From NCBI RefSeq assembly GCF_001455205.1, contig NZ_CP013341.1:2369303-2401302 (forward strand): a stretch of 32,000 bases of DNA, given 5' to 3'. Shown here piece by piece: positions 9,500 through 16,771 of the stretch. Made by a program: the position numbers and the translations under genes. The notes beneath the pieces were generated by a model. It saw only the letters and a list, made by a program, of their open reading frames with translations, was not told where the DNA came from and did not search any database. The DNA is from Nitrosomonas ureae (GTDB lineage: Bacteria > Pseudomonadota > Gammaproteobacteria > Burkholderiales > Nitrosomonadaceae). The first letter of the stretch is position 1. The number at the start of each line of letters is the position of its first letter.

Positions 9500-9610
9500 A
9501 AAAAATCTCCACGCAGTTTAAGAAATGAATATTGGAAAATTTTTATAGCTGTGTATGGGCGTAACGTAACTCATCTAATAAAAAATAGCGGACGGAATTT
9601 CCGGTAGCAA

Positions 9611-9823
9611 TTATTCCACGGGATTATTTTTAATGTGACTCTCATCATCCGGAACAATCTTTTTTTGGAGCGCTTCTTCTGGTGTTAAATCTATCGTTGA
9701 GATGCCTGCTGGCGATTCCTCGTCGTCAGGATGCTCCTGTAATTCATCATAATCATTGTCGGAAAATTGCAAATTTTCGAATTTATACTTCTTTTTTAAT
9801 ATTGGAGGAGTGGACTGTGTCAT
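9611..9823 (-). CDS. A-type small acidic protein, paralog A2
   Basis: 70 aa, strongly acidic, no signal peptide (..DEESPAGISTIDLTPEEALQKKIVPDD..). AAGGA lies upstream. It sits immediately upstream of P2, in the same relative position as A3 to P3. Confidence 0.5.
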   Translation of the reverse strand: MTQSTPPILKKKYKFENLQFSDNDYDELQEHPDDEESPAGISTIDLTPEEALQKKIVPDDESHIKNNPVE

Positions 9824-9938
9824 AAATAACTATCCTTACATTAATAAATAGAATGGTAGAGAATCTGCGCTGTTTCCAATCTATAGGCAAACGATCGAGG
9901 GATTGGAAAAAAAACCAGGTGGAGCCGGTTTGTCATAG

Positions 9939-10187
9939 TTATTTTGATTCTGTAGGATCGATCTTTTCAGGGTCAATGTCCTCTTGAATTTCTACTCCGG
10001 CATCGTTCTTATCGTAATTTTGTTGATTAGTAACGCTATCTTTTTTAATGGGATGAATATCCTGCGCGGGTTTTGGTTTTAGCGAATCATCAACATTTTT
10101 CTGAATCTGAGATTCTTCCACGGCAAAGGCAGATACGCTAATAAATAAAAGCGCACGTATTAAACCATTAGCTAATAAATTAATCAT
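9939..10187 (-). CDS. Small exported hydrophilic protein (S2)
   Basis: 82 aa. Signal-peptide-like MINLLANGLIRALLFISVSAFA|VEE followed by a K/D/E/Q-rich low-complexity region; AAGGAA RBS. Confidence 0.5.
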   Translation of the reverse strand: MINLLANGLIRALLFISVSAFAVEESQIQKNVDDSLKPKPAQDIHPIKKDSVTNQQNYDKNDAGVEIQEDIDPEKIDPTESK

Positions 10188-10281
10188 GAGATGATTCCTT
10201 TGTTCTAAATAAATTCAAAATTCACTTGAAAAATATCTGCCTCTGCAATTTCGTTCTAATTACTAATCAAATGATAAGTAA

Positions 10282-10593
10282 TTAATAACCTGCTTCGGAG
10301 GGTACATCAGGATTGTGTAAGGGTGATTCAGAATTTTTTGCCGGCGGATGCACAATTCCATCCCCCCGTGGTACATTCTTGTCAAAATTTCCCTTGTTTT
10401 CTTCGGTTCTACCTCTTAAATCCGCATCTTCCTTTAGTTGATTAGTTCTGCCAGATTCAAATTTCCGAACATTTTGAGGTTCGTAAGTTTCTTTGCGATC
10501 AGTATCTGACTCTGACAATACATCAGTGCTTGGAAAAATGAATACCCCAAAAATTAGAACGAACCAAAATAGCTTGTTGTCATTATTCATCAT
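10282..10593 (-). CDS. S-type small exported protein, paralog S1
   Basis: ATG 10593 lies 5 nt after AAGGAG. MMNNDNKLFWFVLIFGVFIFPSTDVLSES.. aligns with S3 through the signal peptide and about 45 mature residues (..YEPQNVRKFESG vs ..YEKQKCEKLESG). Confidence 0.6.
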   Translation of the reverse strand: MMNNDNKLFWFVLIFGVFIFPSTDVLSESDTDRKETYEPQNVRKFESGRTNQLKEDADLRGRTEENKGNFDKNVPRGDGIVHPPAKNSESPLHNPDVPSEAGY

Positions 10594-10706
10594 CAATTCT
10601 CCTTATGAAAAATGAAATACCTTACTCGTGTTTATAATTAATTAAATCTGTCTTGGTGCGACCATAAACAGTAGAACCCTTCAAAATGAAGAGCCCTTTA
10701 AGAAGT

Positions 10707-10784
10707 CACTTTTTATGAGGTGGGGCTTTGCTTTTCTCTGAATCTTTTTTCTTGTCATTAGAACCAGCAGTAAATTTATTCATT
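10707..10784 (-). CDS. 25-aa lysine-rich peptide (MNKFTAGSNDKKKDSEKSKAPPHKK)
   Basis: ATG 10784 lies 6 nt after GGAG. It is too short for independent support. Confidence 0.25.
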
Positions 10785-11147
10785 TTTAACTCCTTGCATG
10801 ATGAAATGAAAGTTAAGAATAAATTTTATTAATGACACTTTCTGTGCGGCCTGTCACATAAAGAACTAAATTTCATGTCTTAGTCCGAGGATGAGTAATC
10901 TCAGATTCAGTAAGCGGCGGTGGAGTATCGAGGGGATCTTGTTTTGGTGGAACTTTCAGAGGCTGTTCAGGGAGCACGAATGGTGGAGGCGCAGGCGGTA
11001 TCGAAGATTCTGGATTAATTTGAGCAAGAAAATGATTCGAAATATACAAGTGCCTAGCCAGATATCCTCTAATTAGAAACTTTATTCTCGTTGAATGTTG
11101 TCGAAGGGGGATCGGCGCGTCTTCTCACACAATAAGAATAAGGCAAT

Positions 11148-11168
11148 AAAAAACCCGCCGAAGCGGGC
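11148..11168 (-). terminator. Rho-independent terminator downstream of the PRC-barrel gene
   Basis: The minus-strand RNA reads GCCCGC-UUCG-GCGGG followed by U6: a GC stem, a UUCG tetraloop and a U-tract, 46 nt after the stop at 11214. Confidence 0.8.
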
Positions 11169-11213
11169 TATATATTCCTTGTCATGCTCTGATTTAGAAG
11201 CGAGATCGTTTTA

Positions 11214-11621
11214 TTATCTCTTATCAGCGCCATAATAAGAATTTACAGTATGTTGCCACGAAGAATCAGCCATATTAGGCCAATGATCTTTATCGAATCC
11301 GGGAGCAGATTCTAGCTTTTCTTTATTAGCGTCCAGTGTAAAGCGTTTATTGGCGGTGTCCAATTTTAATGCACTCCATGGTACGGCAAAAAGTTTATCT
11401 CCCATTCCTAGAAAACCGCCGAATGAAAGTACTGCGTAACTTACTTCCCCCGTATTCATATCCAGCATGATCTCTTTGATATCACCCAAGTCTTCGTCCT
11501 GCAAATTATAAACATCATTGCCGAGCAGGGTGTTAGCTCCCATCAATTGGGGCCCTGGCCCACCAGAATTTGTATTTTTATACATACCTAATTCATCTTT
11601 ATCTATATAGCTCATATTCAT
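11214..11621 (-). CDS. PRC-barrel domain protein
   Basis: 135 aa. GEVSYAVLSFGGFLGMGDKLFAVPWSAL is a PRC-barrel signature. The second ATG at 11615 has better spacing to GGAG. Confidence 0.75.
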   Translation of the reverse strand: MNMSYIDKDELGMYKNTNSGGPGPQLMGANTLLGNDVYNLQDEDLGDIKEIMLDMNTGEVSYAVLSFGGFLGMGDKLFAVPWSALKLDTANKRFTLDANKEKLESAPGFDKDHWPNMADSSWQHTVNSYYGADKR

Positions 11622-11757
11622 CTCCGTTTAGTAATTGAATGAAACGGAATTATGAAGATAAAGAAAAAAACTATCTGTACGGCATCCCACAATATGTATA
11701 TGAAAGTGATAAAATCAGCCCCAGGGGGTAGAGGGGAAAATTTAATTATTCTCTGGA

Positions 11758-11943
11758 CTATCTAAAAACAAACTTCATTTCATAATCTGTTTCGTTTGTG
11801 GTTTCGACTAACCCTTCACTAACTGCATTGGCCCACGCTTTTGCGAAATAATCTTGTTTTGTAGAGCTATCTCTTAAATTAATTAAATACTGCGCTATGC
11901 AGTTGTGTGTTTCTTTTTCTAAAATTTGTATTTTTCTTTGCAT
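11758..11943 (-). CDS. P-type small protein, paralog P1
   Basis: ATG 11943 (MQRKIQILEKETHNCIAQYLINLRDSSTKQDYFAKAWANAVSEGLVETTNETDYEMKFVFR). It aligns with P2 and P3. Confidence 0.55.
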   Translation of the reverse strand: MQRKIQILEKETHNCIAQYLINLRDSSTKQDYFAKAWANAVSEGLVETTNETDYEMKFVFR

Positions 11944-12281
11944 AAGCAGTCTCTTCAAATTTTATTTATATAGTAGATTTGATGAATTTTCATAATGTAA
12001 CTCCTTCTCAACCAAAAAAAGATTCCACGATCTATTAGCAGCAATTTATACTCAGCTCGCAATCGAACAATGATAATGCACGAAGAGGAAATTTTGCATG
12101 AACGGCCAAGAAAGACTGAGTAAATTATGTTTCTGAATTGGGATGAGTAACAACTGCCTTCCAATAGTATTGGAATACTTTATTCAGAATAAGAAAATCT
12201 GTCTGCCAAGGCTTGAGTTTGTTTTCCTATTCTGATTTGCGCTAGATCGGTCAGCAATGGATTTCGGATGAGATTCTGGAT

Positions 12282-12794
12282 TTACGTTTTTTTAGAAGAA
12301 GCCTTATTTCTTGAATCTTTATGATCTTCTTTAAAGTGAATGACTTCTTTTGCCATTTCAGATCTATCAATTTCAGATTTTGTAAGCTTAGGAAACATGT
12401 TTTTTTCCTCTTCTTTAACATGGTGCTCAATATACTCACGCAATACAGTTACCTTTGCATCATAATGACTATCTTCAGCACTCATCGATTGAAGCTGGGA
12501 AATAAGTTCTTTTGCGCCAGCATGCTCCACATCTGCCTCGTCCATTAAATCATCGTCATCGATTGTTTCTCGTGCAGTGGGATAAACAATTGATTCTTCA
12601 GCTAAGGCATGTAAAGTCAATTCTTCGCAAATCTGCTTAACAATTTTTTCTTTTTTACTAGTGTTATTACTTTTATCTTTTAATTCTTCGAATTCATCAA
12701 ATAAATCCTTAACCTTAGCATGATCAGCTTTTAATAGCTTAATAATATCATCAGCTTCTGATTTACTTGAGTTTGTGTTTTTGTGTTGAGACAT
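12282..12794 (-). CDS. Hemerythrin-like (HHE cation-binding) domain protein
   Basis: ATG 12794 (MSQHK..). Spaced His/Glu helices: LLKADHAKVKDLFDEFE, LHALAEESIVYP, EHAGAKELISQL, EHHVKEEEKNMFP. Confidence 0.75.
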   Translation of the reverse strand: MSQHKNTNSSKSEADDIIKLLKADHAKVKDLFDEFEELKDKSNNTSKKEKIVKQICEELTLHALAEESIVYPTARETIDDDDLMDEADVEHAGAKELISQLQSMSAEDSHYDAKVTVLREYIEHHVKEEEKNMFPKLTKSEIDRSEMAKEVIHFKEDHKDSRNKASSKKT

Positions 12795-13057
12795 GATTTT
12801 ATTCCAATTGAAAGAAGGAATAATCATGATCTCTCTAAAGGAATATAAAGTCGGTGTGTTACCGCACTTTTAGAATAGTTCAAATTGCTCGGATTATAGA
12901 TAACTCAAGCAGAAGGATTGGAAGGATACGCCAGCGGGCGCTTTCAGGTTGAAGAATCGACGAGCAAGCCAAGAGACCCCAAAGTGTTGACGCCGGTCGA
13001 AAATTGACCAGGTAATCCACGTATTCTGCTTATTTCTTAAGCAGAGGTTAAGAAGAG

Positions 13058-13331
13058 GTGATTACCATGGTTATGTATGCAAAGATACGACGGATGTTTT
13101 ATCGTGAACATCTAACGATAAGCGAGATTCAACGCCGCACAAGTTTGTCACGGAGTACGATCAAGAAATGGTTAAGGGCATCCGGCGACAGTGCGGTCAA
13201 GTACTATAGGCTGAAGATTCCTGGCAAATTAACGCCATTTGAGCCCAAACTGTTGTTGGCATTGGAGGCTGACGTACATCGCCCCAAGAAAGACCGACGT
13301 ACTGCACTCATGTTGTTTGACGACATACAGT
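13058..13331 (+). pseudogene. IS21-family IstA transposase, N-terminal ~90-aa fragment
   Basis: YAKIRRMFYREHLTISEIQRRTSLSRSTIKKWL..KKDRRTALMLFDDIQ is the IstA HTH N-terminus. Similarity stops near 13331, where the sequence becomes the antisense of another IS gene. Confidence 0.7.
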
Positions 13332-13480
13332 GCCTCAGTACGCAGGTTCCGGACTTCATCCGAGGTTGCTTCACGAACAATATCTCCAGCCAATCGCTTC
13401 TTCCCAGCTTCCAGAAATCCCTTCGACCAGCGGTAATAGATATTCGTATTGATACCTTCTGGAGTTGGAGTTGCCCCCAT
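13332..13480 (-). pseudogene. IS3-like OrfA (HTH transposase) internal fragment, inverted
   Basis: GINTNIYYRWSKGFLEAGKKRLAGDIVREATSDEVRNLRTEAL resembles the IS3-family OrfA core. It is cut on both sides (about 13331 and 13480). Confidence 0.5.
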
Positions 13481-13519
13481 TGAACGGACACATTATGTTC
13501 TGTTTAAAGGAGAAGAAAT

Positions 13520-13840
13520 ATGACGCAAAACTACAAACCTGCTTACCCACCTGAGTTACGCCAACAGATGGTGGAATTGGTAGCATTAGGCAAATGCCCC
13601 AAGCAATTATCCAAGGAATTTGGCTGCCACTACACGTCGATACAAACCTGGTGCCGGGCAGCAGGTGTACCAATTAGATCAAACCAGGCAATTGCTTTGG
13701 CTGTAACATCGAGTGTTGCTTCCTTGAGTGCCAACGAACGGCAGGAGCTGCTGGAATTGCGTAAGAAGCTCAAGCGTGTGGAGATAGAGCGCGACATATT
13801 GGCAATGGCTACGGCCTGGTTTGCAAACAACAAAGATTGA
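13520..13840 (+). CDS. IS3-family transposase OrfA
   Basis: 106 aa. HTH (PKQLSKEFGCHYTSIQTWCR) plus the leucine-zipper-like tail ELRKKLKRVEIERDILAMATAWFA. It overlaps orfB. Confidence 0.8.
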   Translation: MTQNYKPAYPPELRQQMVELVALGKCPKQLSKEFGCHYTSIQTWCRAAGVPIRSNQAIALAVTSSVASLSANERQELLELRKKLKRVEIERDILAMATAWFANNKD

Positions 13841-14424
13841 CTGGGAAGGTGTACCAACTCATCAAGGCAAACCGGGCCCAATTTCCGGCTCGTGTTCTAT
13901 GCGAGACACTCGGTGTATCGCACAGCGGTTACTATGACTGGGCAAAACGCACACCCAGCCGACGGGCCATTACCAACTGTCGATTGATCGAGCAGATCAT
14001 GGCCATATACCGTACCAGCGATTGTACGTATGGCCGCCCCCGCATTACCGTTGAATTAGCCGATCGTGGAGTCAGGGTCAATCATAAGCGCGTAGGCAGA
14101 TTGATGCGTGAAGCTGGAATTAAAGGGGTGAGTCGCAGGCGAGGCTTTGTGATCACGACTCATCGGAATAAGCGTGACCGCCCTGCACCGGATTTAGTGC
14201 AACGCCATTTCAAGGCAACTAGCATCAACCAACTATGGGTTGCGGACATGACTTACATTCCTACCTGGGCAGGGTTCCTGTACCTGGCCGTGGTCATCGA
14301 TGTATTCAGCCGTAAGGTAGTGGGCTGGTCTTTCGGTGAAACCATGACAGCAAGCCTGGTGATCAGTGCGTTGAACATGGCGTTAATCACTCGTAAACCG
14401 GGCAAAGTGATTCACCATAGCGAT
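13837..14424 (+). pseudogene. IS3-family OrfB segment 1 (N-terminus to ..VIHHSD)
   Basis: ..YGRPRITVELADRGVRVNHKRVGRLMREAGI..QLWVADMTYIPT..LYLAVVIDVFSRKVVGW..HHSD. The frame is then broken by foreign DNA at 14425. Confidence 0.8.
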
Positions 14425-15100
14425 AGTAAGAATACTTGCACCAGATTTCAATAATGATTTGACTCAACCATTGAGTGAGCAATTATTGGAGCTCTGGTAC
14501 CGTAGGAGTTGCCAAGTTTCCTGACCCTCACTCAGATCGACCATCATATGTGTCATTCCTCGGATCTAAATGGGTATCGCGATATATCAACTGCATACAA
14601 AATTGCATTGAAATCGCTTGCACGACGATATTTGGAGTTACATGACGAAATTGCAGATTTGGATGTGATGATTTCCGTCATTGTTGATGAATTAGCCCCC
14701 GAACTGATTACAGGCAAAGCCATTGGATATGAATCTGCGGCACAGCTACTCATTACCATAGGAGACAATCCGGAACGCTTAAAGTCTGAAGCTAGCTTTG
14801 CGGCGTTGTGTGGTGTCAATCCAATTCCTGCCTCATCAGGCAAGGTCAATAGGCACAGGTTAAATCGTGGGGGTGATAGAGCGGCTAACAGCGCGCTGCA
14901 TATTATTGCTATAGGACGATTGCGGATAGACGCCAGAACTAAAGAGTATGTTGAAAAGCGTTTAACTCAGGGTCACACTAAACTTGAAGCACTTCGTTGC
15001 CTTAAACGTTATATCGCAAGAGAGGTATATTACACTTTGAGAAAGAGAAATAATTTAATCAATAGCGCACAAATTGCAGCTTGACATTTAGAAGGGCATC
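14425..15100 (+). mobile_element. IS110-family remnant inserted in IS3 orfB
   Basis: This 676-bp insert sits exactly between the codons HHSD and RGSQY of orfB. It carries only the C-terminal half of an IS110-type transposase. Confidence 0.65.
14590..15084 (+). pseudogene. IS110-family transposase, C-terminal domain only
   Basis: Within ORF 14509-15084: LARRYLELHDEIADLD..GYESAAQLLITIGDNPERLKSEASFAALCGVNPIPASSGKVNRHRLNRGGDRAANSALH..RCLKRYIAREVY. The N-terminal DEDD catalytic domain is absent. Confidence 0.75.
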
Positions 15101-15295
15101 CGCGGCAGCCAATACTGTGCACATGATTACCAGAATGTATTGCAACAATTTGGCATGATTGCTTCCATGAGTCGTAAGGGTGATTGCTATGATAATGCAC
15201 CGATGGAAAGCTTCTGGGGGATACTTAAAACCGAGCTGGTGCATCATAGAAGATTCAAAACACGGCAACAAGCCATCCAGGAGATTACCGAATAT
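15101..15295 (+). pseudogene. IS3-family OrfB segment 2
   Basis: RGSQYCAHDYQNVLQQFGMIASMSRKGDCYDNAPMESFWGILKTELVHH..QEITEY. It ends at the IS4 insertion. Confidence 0.8.
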
Positions 15296-15315
15296 CAGTA
15301 GTGTCCGGCAATTTA
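15287..15315. repeat. 9-bp target-site duplication (ACCGAATAT, 15287-15295) plus the left 20-bp IR of the IS4-family element (15296-15315)
   Basis: cagtagtgtccggcaattta is the exact reverse complement of 16597-16616. accgaatat recurs at 16617-16625. Confidence 0.9.
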
Positions 15316-16616
15316 GTTGAATAGATTCAGTTGGTTGTTGTTATGGTGAGTGATCATTTGCATCTCAGTATTTTTAAGTAATTGATCTAGGTTAGTTTTC
15401 TCGAAAAGAGTTAGGCTCAGGATTTGTAGGATTGTGTAAAGTGAAGTCTCGGTATTGAGTCGCTTTTTTACGATGGCAACCAAGACATAAACCGAGATGG
15501 CAATCCATATCTGTGTCTTGACTGCGTTTTCAGTGGTTCCGTAGAATTGCTTGATACGAAGATGTTGTTTGATCCACTTGAAGAATAGTTCGATCTGCCA
15601 GCGACAACGATAAAGCTGAGCGATGGTCAGTGCAGGTAAATCGAAGTTGTTGGTTAGAAATACCAGATGCTTGTCGTGTTCGGCATCATAGAACTTAATA
15701 CGTCGTAGGTGCTGCGGGTAATCCTTGCTGGCCTTCGTAGCGGTCAATGCAATGGTCTGATCGCATCGCAGTCCCGTGGATTTGTCCACTGAGTGAGAGT
15801 AGACACGGCGAAAAAGGAGACTGGATTTAGCGCGCGTTACAAAAAATGCTTGTGCTTGATGCATAGTGAACCAGCGAGCAAAGTCGGTAAAGCCCCGATC
15901 CATGATGTAAAAGCTGCCAGCTTCGGGGATCAGGAAATCGAGCACATTGACTTCGTGCATCTTGCCGTCGCTGATATGGATGAACGTTGGAATGTTGCCG
16001 CGTAGATCAAGCAGTGTATGCATCTTGACGGCAGCTTTGGTCTGACGAAAGCGCGCCCATGGAAAGACGCTCAAACACAGATCGATGGTCGTGGTATCGA
16101 GTGCATAGACTGTCTGTTCCAACTCCACCGCTAAGCTATCGCTGGAGTAAAGCTTTCTGGCGATCTGGATCAAGCTCATCGCGAAATCCATGTAGATGCG
16201 ACAATCGCGCTGCTCGTTGGCATCGGCCAACGTACTCTTGGCGATGTTGCCTCGTATGCCCAAGTGATAAAGCTTAGCTTGGTGAGCGCGCAGACAGGTT
16301 TCGATGTTGCGCAGACTCTCGCGGTAAGTCAGCTGCGCGAAAGCCATGCAAAGAAATTGATCGAGATGCGAAAGAGTCTTGGTGGGATATTTGGAAGGGT
16401 AACGCTGTACACAGCGGCGGAATGTGTGAAGGGGCAAGTAATCCATGAGTTGTGCGAATACCAATTTGCCTGAATGCATGATAAGAAGCCACGTAGGGAA
16501 ATCTCCAGTTTCGCAAAAAATTCACTTTCAAATCGGTGACACCCCCAAACATACCATTTCATTCTACAGATCAATCTGTTATACAATCATCTTGGGTAAA
16601 TTGCCGGACACTACTG
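15296..16616 (-). mobile_element. Intact IS4-family insertion sequence (1321 bp)
   Basis: Perfect 20-bp terminal IRs and a 9-bp TSD. Removing the element and one TSD copy restores the IS3 orfB frame (..QEITEYIEIFYNRQ..). Confidence 0.9.
15313..16479 (-). CDS. IS4-family DDE transposase (N-terminal DUF4372-like region)
   Basis: 388 aa. MHSGKLVFAQLMDYLPLHTFRRCV.., ALDTTTIDL, FYIMDRGFTDF and YRCRWQIELFFKWIKQHL are typical of the family. Confidence 0.9.
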   Translation of the reverse strand: MHSGKLVFAQLMDYLPLHTFRRCVQRYPSKYPTKTLSHLDQFLCMAFAQLTYRESLRNIETCLRAHQAKLYHLGIRGNIAKSTLADANEQRDCRIYMDFAMSLIQIARKLYSSDSLAVELEQTVYALDTTTIDLCLSVFPWARFRQTKAAVKMHTLLDLRGNIPTFIHISDGKMHEVNVLDFLIPEAGSFYIMDRGFTDFARWFTMHQAQAFFVTRAKSSLLFRRVYSHSVDKSTGLRCDQTIALTATKASKDYPQHLRRIKFYDAEHDKHLVFLTNNFDLPALTIAQLYRCRWQIELFFKWIKQHLRIKQFYGTTENAVKTQIWIAISVYVLVAIVKKRLNTETSLYTILQILSLTLFEKTNLDQLLKNTEMQMITHHNNNQLNLFN

Positions 16617-16625
16617 ACCGAATAT
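16597..16625. repeat. Right 20-bp IR of the IS4-family element (16597-16616) plus the second TSD copy (16617-16625)
   Basis: taaattgccggacactactg followed by accgaatat. Confidence 0.9.
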
Positions 16626-16727
16626 ATAGAAATATTCTATAACCGGCAGAGAAAACAGAAAAAGCTGGATTATTTTTCACCAGCACAATTTACGCAGCAA
16701 TACTATGCAAATTTGCTTGTTGCTTAA
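16617..16727 (+). pseudogene. IS3-family OrfB segment 3 (C-terminus)
   Basis: (TEY)IEIFYNRQRKQKKLDYFSPAQFTQQYYANLLVA* is a typical IS3 OrfB tail. Confidence 0.8.
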
Positions 16728-16758
16728 ACCGATGGACTCCATTTTTGACAGCACATAC

Positions 16759-16771
16759 ATGGACGCCCACT
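16759..16771. repeat. Subterminal IR of the IS110-family element (3' side)
   Basis: atggacgcccact is the reverse complement of 18159-18171. Confidence 0.7.

Larger units (their letters stand above)
13481..16750 (+). mobile_element. IS3-family element (orfA/orfB), orfB interrupted twice; ends approximate
   Basis: orfA is intact. orfB can be rebuilt from three pieces (13837-14424, 15101-15295, 16617-16727) into a ~294-aa DDE integrase. The left end begins with TGAACGG at 13481. I could not align convincing terminal IRs. Confidence 0.65.

Noticed and set aside
10891-11076. + strand ORF, 61 aa, W/R-rich
   Set aside because: The composition (WWRRRRYRRFW) is typical of the antisense of proline-rich coding sequence. 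There is no RBS. The opposite strand carries an S-like frame.
11955-12164. 69-aa minus-strand ORF between the hemerythrin gene and P1
   Set aside because: Low-complexity, Cys/Ile/Ser-rich sequence with no RBS at its start. Only its last 12 codons, which have their own AAGGAG RBS, are noted as a possible mini-ORF.
13481-16750. Terminal inverted repeats for the interrupted IS3-family element
   Set aside because: The left end tgaacggacacattatgttctgtttaaag and the reverse complement of the right end tgtcaaaaatggagtccatcggtttaag share only TG and gtttaa(g). That is too weak to call, so the ends are given as approximate.
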